Below, in pieces: positions 48,371 to 57,270 of a DNA stretch of 64,000 nucleotides. How positions within the stretch are numbered: the stretch's first letter is position 1; each line of letters begins with the position of its first letter. The notes beneath the pieces are model-generated. The model was given only the letters and a program-made list of their open reading frames with translations, made no database searches and had not been told where the DNA came from. Location: assembly GCA_003560165.1 (NCBI GenBank), contig PWJC01000139.1, positions 376 to 64,375 of the forward strand, given 5' to 3'. Made by a program: the position numbers and the translations under genes. This DNA is from Bacteroidales bacterium (lineage in GTDB: Bacteria; Bacteroidota; Bacteroidia; Bacteroidales; UBA7960).

Positions 48371-49465
48371 TTATCGGGGGTGGCGGTAAAAGACCACCTC
48401 TGTGGCTCCCGTGCCGTACCTTGCATAGGAAGCGTCGTAGAATTCGATGTCCTGCCTTTGCCGCAGCAAACCCAGCAATTCGTTTTTCAGGGTGCCATTA
48501 CCGACCCCGTGAATAAATATCAGCTTCCTTACCTTGTCTTTTCTGGCCTGGCGGAGGCTCTCCCTCGCATAGTCCAGCTGCATGGTCAGCATATCGGTAT
48601 TGGACAGCCCGCGAATATTGTCGGTCAGGGAGGAGATATGCAGGTCGACCTCGGCCACGTTCTCATCCACCTTGTGCCTGCCCAGGAAGCCGGATGCCCA
48701 CGTGGGCTGCTCGGCAAGACCGCCCTGAAGACCCCTGCCGGTGTTCTCGCTGTCGGTCATTCCGGCTACCAGGTGGCTTTCGGTGTTGGCCTTGCTTTTG
48801 TGGCCCAGTTCGGCGGTAGTCACCGCATTGACTACCATGGCCTTTTGTTGCAGTAGCCGGTGAAAGGCAAAACTTTCTTCCTTGTACACCCTGACCTGTT
48901 TAAAGACAATGTGTTCCGAAGCGGGAGGAAGGACTTCGGCTTTCCCTTCGCGGAAAAACACCACCTGCAGCAGGGCATGGGCCCAGTCGCCGATTTCTGT
49001 CCTGTCTGCTTTGCCTAAATGGAGTTTGTTGCCCGGAGCCAGGCTGCCGCTTTCCAGGCCGGAGTATTTCCCGCCCTTGTTCAGAAACAGCCCGAACAGC
49101 GCATGGTAGGCCGTAGTGTTCAGAAGGTAGAAGTCCATGCTGCCCGATAGCGGATCTGCCTGGTCGCGGGGCACCATGGCCAGACTGATCCCGCTTTCCG
49201 GTTGTTCGGCGGGGCCGCCCGTGGTAAGCAGAGGGCTTGTTTTCCGGTTGTTTTCATCAGCTGTGCCAGGTTTTTGCCTCTGCGGCTGAGCACCTTCTCC
49301 TTCCGGACCGCCAGCCCTGATCAGGTCGCCCACCGAATAGGGAATCTCAAAGCCATCTTCGACCGCGACATGCACGATCTGTTCGTCAATAACCCGGGTA
49401 ACCACACCCCCTCCTGTTTCGTTCAGGAACATTACTTTGTCGCCTGCTCTGAATTTCATGCGCAA
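48371..49465 (-). CDS. Smr (MutS2 C-terminal-like) domain protein with an N-terminal SH3/KOW-like domain
   Basis: The C-terminal Smr domain reads EVDLHISSL..LIFIHGVGNGTLKNELLGLL. The N-terminus is KFRAGDKVMFLNETGGGVVTRV. Confidence 0.8.
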   Translation of the reverse strand: MRMKFRAGDKVMFLNETGGGVVTRVIDEQIVHVAVEDGFEIPYSVGDLIRAGGPEGEGAQPQRQKPGTADENNRKTSPLLTTGGPAEQPESGISLAMVPRDQADPLSGSMDFYLLNTTAYHALFGLFLNKGGKYSGLESGSLAPGNKLHLGKADRTEIGDWAHALLQVVFFREGKAEVLPPASEHIVFKQVRVYKEESFAFHRLLQQKAMVVNAVTTAELGHKSKANTESHLVAGMTDSENTGRGLQGGLAEQPTWASGFLGRHKVDENVAEVDLHISSLTDNIRGLSNTDMLTMQLDYARESLRQARKDKVRKLIFIHGVGNGTLKNELLGLLRQRQDIEFYDASYARYGTGATEVVFYRHPR

Positions 49466-49637
49466 TACCTTGTTTTACCCTTGGATAACGCGAACTTTTC
49501 CGCTTTATTTATGCTTGCTCAAAAATTATGCAAAGTTAATGCAATTCGCTCGAATATATCGGTGGGATTCGGCGTTATAAAGTATCGCGGTGACGCAAAA
49601 ACAATGCCGGAGGTCGGAGTGTCATCGCAAAAGTTGT

Positions 49638-49645
49638 TATTTTTG
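49638..49645 (+). promoter_or_regulatory. Candidate -7 box TATTTTTG for the flippase gene
   Basis: Exact TAnnTTTG match, 36 nt upstream of the ATG at 49681. Confidence 0.4.
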
Positions 49646-49680
49646 GCGGGGGAGAACCATCATGTCAATGCCATAGCCCT

Positions 49681-51162
49681 ATGCAGGGAAAATTCCTCAA
49701 AAACCTGGTTTTGCTTCTGTTGCTCAACCTGATGATCAAGCCATTCTGGATCCTTGGCATTGACCGTTCGGTGCAGAATACCGTGGGTGCCGAATCCTAC
49801 GGTTTTTACTTTGCCGTATTCAACTTTTCCTTTTTGCTCAACATCCTGCTCGATTTCGGGATCACGAATTTCAACAACAGGAACATCGCCCAGAATAACC
49901 AGCTGCTCACCAAGCACCTCTCCAATATCCTGGTGCTTAAACTGCTGCTGTTTGTGGTGTATATTGCATTTACCCTTGGCAGTGCACTGGTCATACAGTA
50001 CAGCCCCGAACAGTTACGGATCTTATATTTCCTGGCGATCAACCAGTTTTTGCTCAGCTTCATCCTTTACCTGCGTTCGAATCTGGGAGGACTTCACCTG
50101 TTTCGCACCGACAGCCTGATCTCCATTCTGGATCGCAGCCTGATGATCCTGATATGCGGGGTGCTGCTCTGGGGCAATGTGGTGGATGAGTTTCGCATTC
50201 AATACTATGTGTATGCTCAAACGGCCGGCTATAGCCTGACAGCTCTGATTGCCCTTTTGCTGGTGCTTCAGAGGGCAAATCCTGTTTTTTTGCGTATCCG
50301 GTGGAATTTCCCTTTTTTGCTGGCCATCATCAGGCGGAGTTTCCCCTACGCCCTGCTGGTGTTGCTAATGACCTTCTACAACCGGATAGACAGTGTGATG
50401 CTGGAGCGGATGCTTGAGAACGGCAACCGCTACAGCGGCATTTATGCCGCCGCTTACCGGCTGTTTGACGCCACCAATATGATTGCCCTGCTGTTTGCTG
50501 TCCTGCTGCTGCCCATGTTTTCCCGGATGATCAAACAGCAGCAAGACATCGAGCAACTTGTCAAACTGGCCCTCGTCCTGCTGTTCACCCTGGCCGTTAT
50601 CATTGCTGCCGGCTCGGTGTTTTATTCCCGGCAGATCATGACATTGCTGTATCCGCTGCATGCCTGGGAAACGGCTGCCGAATACGCTTACCGGATCGAT
50701 GAATCATCCATGGTATTCGCCCTGTTGATGACTGCCTTTATGGCCGTTGCCACCAGCTATGTTTTGGGCACCCTGCTCACGGCCAATGCCAGTATGGGTT
50801 ACCTGAACCTGATTGCATTTGCCGGGGTGCTGTTGAACGTGGGACTGAACCTTTTGCTGATCCCAAAACTGCAGGCCAGCGGTTCGGCCTGGGCCAGCCT
50901 GGCCACACAAATGAGTGTTACCTGCCTGCAGCTTTTCGTGGTGGTACGGCTTTTCCGGTTCCGGACCAATTACCTGCTGCTCTTCAGGATGACTACATTC
51001 TTGGGGGGCACCCTGTTGATCGCCTGGTTGTCGCTGTTGCTGCCCTTTTCCTGGCTGGTAAATTTTTTATTCATGGTGGCAGGTGCAGTGGGCCTTTCCC
51101 TTGGTATCGGACTGCTCAGCCCCAGGCAGTTTTACCAGCTGATCCGTTACGCCGAATGGTGA
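49681..51162 (+). CDS. Oligosaccharide/polysaccharide flippase (MOP superfamily, Wzx-like)
   Basis: 493 aa with ~12-14 TM segments. The start is typical of polysaccharide biosynthesis proteins (KNLVLLLLLNLMIKPFWILGIDRSVQN). Confidence 0.8.
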   Translation: MQGKFLKNLVLLLLLNLMIKPFWILGIDRSVQNTVGAESYGFYFAVFNFSFLLNILLDFGITNFNNRNIAQNNQLLTKHLSNILVLKLLLFVVYIAFTLGSALVIQYSPEQLRILYFLAINQFLLSFILYLRSNLGGLHLFRTDSLISILDRSLMILICGVLLWGNVVDEFRIQYYVYAQTAGYSLTALIALLLVLQRANPVFLRIRWNFPFLLAIIRRSFPYALLVLLMTFYNRIDSVMLERMLENGNRYSGIYAAAYRLFDATNMIALLFAVLLLPMFSRMIKQQQDIEQLVKLALVLLFTLAVIIAAGSVFYSRQIMTLLYPLHAWETAAEYAYRIDESSMVFALLMTAFMAVATSYVLGTLLTANASMGYLNLIAFAGVLLNVGLNLLLIPKLQASGSAWASLATQMSVTCLQLFVVVRLFRFRTNYLLLFRMTTFLGGTLLIAWLSLLLPFSWLVNFLFMVAGAVGLSLGIGLLSPRQFYQLIRYAEW

Positions 51163-51179
51163 ACCTGGCTTTTTTTGCT

Positions 51180-51187
51180 TAAATTTG
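51180..51187 (+). promoter_or_regulatory. Candidate -7 box TAAATTTG
   Basis: Exact TAnnTTTG match, ~70 nt upstream of the ATG at 51261. Confidence 0.3.
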
Positions 51188-51260
51188 CCCCCATTTCCCA
51201 AATAAGATGCGGGAGAAGCCGTTATTAGGTTAAACGCGACCAAATCCATTTAAGCAACTC

Positions 51261-52304
51261 ATGGAACAGAAAAACAGGGAATTTGACTCAACCAATGTGT
51301 TTGTGTTCTTTATACGTTGGTGGAAACACTTGTTCATCATTTGCCTTGTGGCTGCCATAGCGGCTGCCATTTTTTCCGGCCCGGCCTTTATTACCCCCAA
51401 GTTTCAGTCTACGGTTACCATGTTCCCGGCTACCTCGGGCTCCCTGTCGCGTTCAGTACTTGCCGGACCGGTGGGTGCGCGCCAGGATTTTCTTCAATTT
51501 GGCGAAGTGGAGGAAGCCGAACGTTTGCTTCAGGTGCTTGAATCGGGCAATGTACGCGACCGCATCGTCGAACGCTTCGACCTGATGACGCATTACCGGA
51601 TCCCGGACGACTCCCGTTACCGGAATACCCGCCTGACCCAGGAATACCGGGGCAATATTTCATTCAGGCGTACCCAGTACGGTGCCGTGGAGGTCAGGGT
51701 AAGGGACACCGATCCGCAGATGGCCGCCAGTATCGCCAACGAACTGGCCGCACTGGCCGATACGGTTCAAAATGAATTGCGCATGGAAAGGGCACAACTG
51801 GCTTACGACATTTCCGGAAAACAGTATGAGAATCTGTTGCGGGAAGCCAGGCAGGTAGAGGATTCATTGAAGCAGATCATGCGCAGGGGGGTCTTTGATA
51901 TCGAGGGGCAGTCGTCGATGCTTACCCGGCAACTGGCGAAAGATCTTTCCGGCCAAAACCAACCGGGGGTAACTGCCCTGGAAGAAAGGCTCCGTCTTTT
52001 AGGAGAGTATGGCGGAGCCTACCTCTTCAATGCGGCAGTTCTCGACAATATAAGTGAGCACGTGGTGGTCGTGCAGCGAAGATATCAGGAAGCCAGGACT
52101 GACCTGGAAAACTTTGTTCCCTTCAAATTTGTACTCGATAGTGCATTTGAGGCCGAACGCAAGGTATACCCCGTGCGCTGGCTGATCGTCTTCCTTTCTA
52201 CTTTTGCTGCCGGCTTTATGGGGGTAATGATACTGATGGTTTATGAAAACCTTCATGCAAAGGGGATCATCGGCAGAAAAACTTTGAAATCCGCTAAGCC
52301 CTGA
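51261..52304 (+). CDS. Chain-length-determinant (Wzz-like) protein
   Basis: One TM near each terminus flanks a ~270-aa coiled-coil periplasmic region. The gene lies between the flippase and the O-antigen ligase-like gene. Confidence 0.7.
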   Translation: MEQKNREFDSTNVFVFFIRWWKHLFIICLVAAIAAAIFSGPAFITPKFQSTVTMFPATSGSLSRSVLAGPVGARQDFLQFGEVEEAERLLQVLESGNVRDRIVERFDLMTHYRIPDDSRYRNTRLTQEYRGNISFRRTQYGAVEVRVRDTDPQMAASIANELAALADTVQNELRMERAQLAYDISGKQYENLLREARQVEDSLKQIMRRGVFDIEGQSSMLTRQLAKDLSGQNQPGVTALEERLRLLGEYGGAYLFNAAVLDNISEHVVVVQRRYQEARTDLENFVPFKFVLDSAFEAERKVYPVRWLIVFLSTFAAGFMGVMILMVYENLHAKGIIGRKTLKSAKP

Positions 52305-52310
52305 ACGCCT

Positions 52311-53738
52311 GTGCTGAAAACAAACCGGCTTCATCTGCTTTACCTGGGCAGTGCCGTGTTCACGGCGCTCAATATCGTACTGATCGTCCATGATTTCTAC
52401 TGGCTATCTGCCCTCCCCCTGGCACTCGCGCTGTTGCTGATGCTTTTTTTCTCCCTCGACAAGCTGCTGCTGCTGCTGGTTTTTTTGACCCCTCTATCTG
52501 TCAAGTACCGCCACGAAAGCCTGGGGTTTACCATCGACCTGCCCGTGGAGCCACTGATAGTTGGTGTCATGTTGCTGTTTTTTTTGAAACTGGCTTATGA
52601 GCGGCGTTACGATATGCGTTTGCTCAGGCATCCGGTAACCATTCTTCTGATCATTCAACTGCTGTGGATGCTGATCACTGCCGTAAGCAGTGAAATGCCC
52701 CTGGTTTCTTTCAAGTACTTCGTCTCCAGGCTGTGGTATGTCACCGCTTTTTATTTTGCAGGTATTTACCTGTTCAGGGAAGTCCGCAACATGAAGCGCT
52801 TCTTCTGGTTGTTCGGCACCGCCCTGGCTTTGGTCGTGGTGGTTTCGACTTTCAGGCATTATACGGTGGGCTTTGAACGGATGATGGGATACTGGGCAGT
52901 GAGGCCATTTTTCAATGACCACACCCATTACGGGGCCGTACTTGCCCTAGTGGCCCCGTTCTTTGCCGTTATGACGTTCAACCGGGCCGACACTGTGTTG
53001 CGCCGGAGGCTTTCCCTGGGCTTTTTCCTGTTGTTCGGATTGGGAATACTGCTGAGTTACAGCCGCGCATCGTGGGTTAGCCTGATGTTTGCAGCGGCCG
53101 GCTTTGCCATTCTGGTATTCCGCTTGAAATTTCGCTACCTGCTTGCCGGAATGATCCTGGTGCTGGGGAGCCTGTTTCTTTTTCAGACAGAAATTGTCAT
53201 GCACCTCGAGAGGAACCAGCAGGAATCTTCGGGCGACTTCTCAGAACACCTGAGATCGGTTTCCAACATCACCTCCGATGCCTCCAACCTGGAGCGAATC
53301 AACCGGTGGAGGTCGGCCTACCGAATGGCTCAGGAGCGTCCGGTGCTGGGCTGGGGTCCGGGCACCTATCAGTTTTTATATGCCCCCTTCCAGCGATCGG
53401 AATATTATACCATCATCACCACCCATTTCGGGGATCTGGGCAACGCACACAGCGAATACATCGGTCCTTTGGCCGAAAGCGGCCTGCCCGGCATGCTGCT
53501 CATGCTCGCTCTCAGCCTGGCTGTAATTGCCACAGGGGTGAAGCTGTACAAGCGGGCTCCCACCCGCCAGATGCGGCTGCTGGCCCTTGGCATTACCCTG
53601 GGCCTGATCACGTATTTTTCCCATGGCTTTCTGAACAACTTCCTCGATACTGACAAGGCCTCGGTACCCTTCTGGGGTATGATCGCCATGCTGGTGGCCA
53701 TGGATGTGTTTTTTACCAGTCGCACCGAAGGCAAATAG
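52311..53738 (+). CDS. O-antigen ligase / polymerase family membrane protein (Wzy_C domain)
   Basis: 475-aa polytopic protein with the characteristic large loop region (SYSRASWVSL.. and AHSEYIGPLAESGLPG). GTG start at 52311. Ends in TAG. Confidence 0.8.
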   Translation: MLKTNRLHLLYLGSAVFTALNIVLIVHDFYWLSALPLALALLLMLFFSLDKLLLLLVFLTPLSVKYRHESLGFTIDLPVEPLIVGVMLLFFLKLAYERRYDMRLLRHPVTILLIIQLLWMLITAVSSEMPLVSFKYFVSRLWYVTAFYFAGIYLFREVRNMKRFFWLFGTALALVVVVSTFRHYTVGFERMMGYWAVRPFFNDHTHYGAVLALVAPFFAVMTFNRADTVLRRRLSLGFFLLFGLGILLSYSRASWVSLMFAAAGFAILVFRLKFRYLLAGMILVLGSLFLFQTEIVMHLERNQQESSGDFSEHLRSVSNITSDASNLERINRWRSAYRMAQERPVLGWGPGTYQFLYAPFQRSEYYTIITTHFGDLGNAHSEYIGPLAESGLPGMLLMLALSLAVIATGVKLYKRAPTRQMRLLALGITLGLITYFSHGFLNNFLDTDKASVPFWGMIAMLVAMDVFFTSRTEGK

Positions 53739-53793
53739 GAGGGGCTGGCCGCACCCACAAAAGCGTGCATTTGCAAAGCCATGCATTATCCCT

Positions 53794-53801
53794 TATTTTT
53801 G
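53794..53801 (+). promoter_or_regulatory. Candidate -7 box TATTTTTG for the nitroreductase gene
   Basis: Exact TAnnTTTG match, 27 nt upstream of the ATG at 53828. Confidence 0.4.
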
Positions 53802-53827
53802 TGGCCTAACCAAAATACGCAATTCCA

Positions 53828-54583
53828 ATGGAAACCATCAAGACGTTACTAAATCATAAGACCATCCGCAACTACAAAAGCGACCCCATCGGGCAAGAGG
53901 TTCTCGATGAGATCCTGGAGGCGGGCTTCAGGGCATCCACTACCGGCAACATGCAGGTTTACAGCGTTATTGTGAGCAAGGATCCTGAAAAACGCAAGGC
54001 TCTCTGCGAACTTCATTTCGGACAGAAAATGGTGGAACAGGCCCCGGTGATCCTTACCTTTTGCGCCGACTTCAACCGTTTTAACAAATGGTGCCGTCAG
54101 CGGGATGCTGATCCGGGCTACGACAATTTCCTGTCTTTTTTCACTGCAGCCATCGATGCCCTGCTGGTGGCCCAGAACGTTGCCGTTGCTGCCGAGGCCC
54201 ATGGACTGGGCATCTGTTACCTGGGGACCACGACTTATCAGGCCGGCAAGCTGGTCGATTTTTTTGGGCTGCCAGAAGGGGTAGTGCCCGTGACGACCCT
54301 GGTGGTGGGCTATCCTGCCGAAGACCCCGATCAGGTCGACAGGCTGCCTGCCGAAGGCTTGGTGCACCACGAAACCTACAGGGATTACAGCAGCGAAGAC
54401 ATTGACAGGATATACCGGATAAAGGAATCATTGCCGCTGACTGCCAGCCTGATCGAAGAGAATCAGTTGGAAAACCTGGCACAGATCTTTACCGTGAAGC
54501 GCTACACCAGGAAAGATAATCTGCACTTCAGCCGGTTGCTCCTGGATGTGATCCATCAGCAGGGCTTTATGAATCACGATTGA
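53828..54583 (+). CDS. NADPH-dependent nitroreductase family oxidoreductase
   Basis: 251 aa. The N-terminal HKTIRNYKSDPI and RASTTGNMQ motifs are typical of the NfsA/FRP-like nitroreductase fold. Confidence 0.85.
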   Translation: METIKTLLNHKTIRNYKSDPIGQEVLDEILEAGFRASTTGNMQVYSVIVSKDPEKRKALCELHFGQKMVEQAPVILTFCADFNRFNKWCRQRDADPGYDNFLSFFTAAIDALLVAQNVAVAAEAHGLGICYLGTTTYQAGKLVDFFGLPEGVVPVTTLVVGYPAEDPDQVDRLPAEGLVHHETYRDYSSEDIDRIYRIKESLPLTASLIEENQLENLAQIFTVKRYTRKDNLHFSRLLLDVIHQQGFMNHD

Positions 54584-54593
54584 ACCCTCCGGG

Positions 54594-55871
54594 TCAGGGA
54601 AAGAGAATGCCGTCGAAGCGGGCAATGATTACCTTGGGAATCGATGCATTGTAGTGTTGGTTGATGGCCGAAATAAACTCATTGGCAACGATCGCATTTC
54701 CCCTCTTGCTCAGATGAATGCCATCGAGCGAGAACAAGCCCCCGCTGATAAAGTCGGTGGTGAAGGCCACGGCATCGAAATAAATCACCTCACCTGCTTC
54801 CTCAAGCCGGGAATGGATGTCTACATAGGCCAGCCCGAACTCTTCTGCCAGAAGACGGATCCTCTGGTTGTACTGCCTCACGGCTTCAGTGATGCTTGCA
54901 ATCTGGCTCAGGGACAAATAGAATTGTTCAGGGATGGGGACCTGGCTTCCCCAGCCGGCAGCAGCAATACTGTCGAGTGGCAGGCTGAGCAGCACGCTTT
55001 CGCCGTCTTCCAGCTGCCTGACACCTGCCTGGTGGCTGGCATCGGCCACCACGAATGCGTTCAGCCCTGGCTCAAACCTGATGTGGGGTGCTTTTTCGTA
55101 TATGAGGTTGAGCAGGTTTATGACATCGGGATCGGTCAACACCAGGGCGTTGTAGGGGATGGTCCGGAAAAAGGGGGCCTTGCTGATGTCGGCCAGGTTG
55201 GACACAACACCCTTTGCTCCCCGGGCGGTAAGTTGCTGGAGAATACTTTGGGTATGGGCTGCGAATTCATCTGCCGGGCTGATCACATCACCCACCCCTC
55301 CGCTGATGGCGTACCCCAGAATGTCGTTGTTGCCTGTCCAGAGCGAGAAAAAGCTGGGGTCTGTTTCCAGGGCATCGGACAATATGCTCGATTGGCCCGG
55401 GTCTTTGGCAAAGCGCTGGAAATAGGGGTTGACTCGTCCGTAGCCCGGAATAAGCAGGTGCTGGGTTTTGGCGCCCGGCACCCCCATATTGTGGAAAGGC
55501 CCCTGGTTGGCGATCGATTGGAAATTGCCAGGATCGGGATTGCCGGCTGCAGGCACCGGTGTCAGCGAGCCCTGGATTTCGGCCAGGATGAGGCGGTTGC
55601 CAAAACCCAGGTGGTCTTTCATCAGGGGCTGCCTGAATTCGGAAAGGCCTACATGCGACAGCTGTCCGGCCAGGATGTTGGGGAAGGAATTTTGCTGACC
55701 TTCCATATAAAGTTCCCCGTCGGTGTATCCGGCCGTCAGGGAGTTGCCAAGGGCAACAAACACCGAAAAGTCGGCTTCGCCCGGCTGGGGAGTGTATGCG
55801 TCTATCTCCGCTTCGCAGCCAGAAAGGGCCGAAACAGCGAAGGCAAAAAGCAATAACCTTGTATTGTTCAT
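54594..55871 (-). CDS. SGNH/GDSL-like hydrolase lipoprotein
   Basis: Lipobox ALSGC. Block I is FVALGNSLTAGY, block III is WTGNNDIL, and a C-terminal DGIHLSKRGN (DxxH) block is present. Confidence 0.8.
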   Translation of the reverse strand: MNNTRLLLFAFAVSALSGCEAEIDAYTPQPGEADFSVFVALGNSLTAGYTDGELYMEGQQNSFPNILAGQLSHVGLSEFRQPLMKDHLGFGNRLILAEIQGSLTPVPAAGNPDPGNFQSIANQGPFHNMGVPGAKTQHLLIPGYGRVNPYFQRFAKDPGQSSILSDALETDPSFFSLWTGNNDILGYAISGGVGDVISPADEFAAHTQSILQQLTARGAKGVVSNLADISKAPFFRTIPYNALVLTDPDVINLLNLIYEKAPHIRFEPGLNAFVVADASHQAGVRQLEDGESVLLSLPLDSIAAAGWGSQVPIPEQFYLSLSQIASITEAVRQYNQRIRLLAEEFGLAYVDIHSRLEEAGEVIYFDAVAFTTDFISGGLFSLDGIHLSKRGNAIVANEFISAINQHYNASIPKVIIARFDGILFP

Positions 55872-55892
55872 ATCCTTGGAAATTGATTTGTT

Positions 55893-57119
55893 TTAAAAAC
55901 CATAACTGACCCCCACTCCGGGTACCAGTATGCTTGAGCGGTAAGTGCCTCCGAAGTTTTCAGGGGCATACATCATGTCTTTTTCCAACCCGGCAATCAT
56001 CAGCAGGCTTGTATCAATGCTGAGGTTGGGCAGGGGATGGAAGGAAAACCCGGCCGAAAACGCCAGGTTGTTCAGGCTGGGTGTTTCGGGTGAGAAATAA
56101 TTCTCGTTTGCAGGGCTCGGGTCGTAATAGGCGCCCGCCCTGAGAGTGAGCCGCCCGTTTACCTGGTATTCGCCCCCGACCCGGACGATGAGGGTGTTGC
56201 TGTACTCCCTCGGATTCTCACTGTCTGGCAATGAGGGAGTGTTTTGTTCGAAGTCAAAAGAAAGTTGATCGTAGGCTTCCCAGAAAACATAATTCAACGA
56301 CATGCCCAGCATCAGTTCGGGGCTCAGCTGGTAAGAAACCCCCATATCGAGATTGGCTGGCAGGGGCAGGGAGGTGGCTGCCTTGTTCACGGCAGGAAAA
56401 AGTGCTGCCAGGGAGGCGGGAACAGTAAATAAGGCGTCTGCATCCTCCATTTCCATATCGATGCGTGAGCGGTAACTGAGGCCGATGCCCAACCCGGATC
56501 CGGTATATTGAATGCCCGCATTGAACCCGAAACTGGTGGTGTTGCCGCTGATGTTCACATACCCCTCGCCGTCGGGCCCCTGGACGGGTAAAGCCCTGTT
56601 CATGTCGACAGAACCCATGACATACACCAGGCCTCCGCCCACCGACACCTGATCGGTGAGCCGGTAGGAGAGGGTGGGTTGCAGGGTGATGGCCCTCATG
56701 GAAATATCCTGGATCAGGAACCTTCCGGCCCAACCTTCCTCCCAGGCCAGATTGCTGCCATAGGGGGTGTTTACCGCGATCCCGCCAACCAGCCTGTCGG
56801 TAATCCTGGCTGCTGCGTAAAAATAAAATGGCGTGCTTGTGGGGTTGTCTGTTTTCGCCTGGTAAAGGGATGGCTGCTGTTGCTGAAAGGCGGTGCTGGC
56901 AAAAATTCCGCTGGCTCCCCCCAGTATGCTTAGTCTTTGTGGCATCATGGCCAGCCCGCCCGGATTGAAAAAAGCGGCGCTGGCATCCATGTGAAGGGAG
57001 GTGCCGATCAGGCCCATCCCGATCTGCTTTTGTCCGTGTACGCTCACCTGATACCCACCTGCTGTGGCCACAACGGCCGTAAGGCAAACCAGGGCCGCAC
57101 TAATGATAAGTTTCTGCAT
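55893..57119 (-). CDS. Outer-membrane transport protein, FadL/OmpP1/TodX family
   Basis: Signal peptide and an N-terminal hatch-like GGYQVSVHGQKQIGMG. The 408-aa barrel ends in ..GVGVSYGF. Confidence 0.8.
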   Translation of the reverse strand: MQKLIISAALVCLTAVVATAGGYQVSVHGQKQIGMGLIGTSLHMDASAAFFNPGGLAMMPQRLSILGGASGIFASTAFQQQQPSLYQAKTDNPTSTPFYFYAAARITDRLVGGIAVNTPYGSNLAWEEGWAGRFLIQDISMRAITLQPTLSYRLTDQVSVGGGLVYVMGSVDMNRALPVQGPDGEGYVNISGNTTSFGFNAGIQYTGSGLGIGLSYRSRIDMEMEDADALFTVPASLAALFPAVNKAATSLPLPANLDMGVSYQLSPELMLGMSLNYVFWEAYDQLSFDFEQNTPSLPDSENPREYSNTLIVRVGGEYQVNGRLTLRAGAYYDPSPANENYFSPETPSLNNLAFSAGFSFHPLPNLSIDTSLLMIAGLEKDMMYAPENFGGTYRSSILVPGVGVSYGF

Positions 57120-57270
57120 GGGTTGAATGGTTTATTAATGGAAATGCAAGTTTGGCAAAAATATTGCCCAACGGCGCAATATACAAAAAATATTGAGCTT
57201 AAACGCATGTTTATCGCATCAGGGCCCGGGATTGATCCCTTTGACCGGCTCCCTCCTGTGGCAAATCACG

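Noticed and set aside
48140-48856. 238-aa plus-strand ORF
   Set aside because: It overlaps the RNase P RNA gene and is antisense to the Smr gene. It has no motifs and is a shadow ORF.
54654-57087. Long antisense ORFs (54654..55856 plus strand, 400 aa; 56254..57087 minus strand in another frame, 277 aa)
   Set aside because: They overlap the SGNH lipoprotein and FadL genes, which have signal peptides and family motifs. The alternatives are Gly/Arg/Pro-rich and have no recognisable domains.
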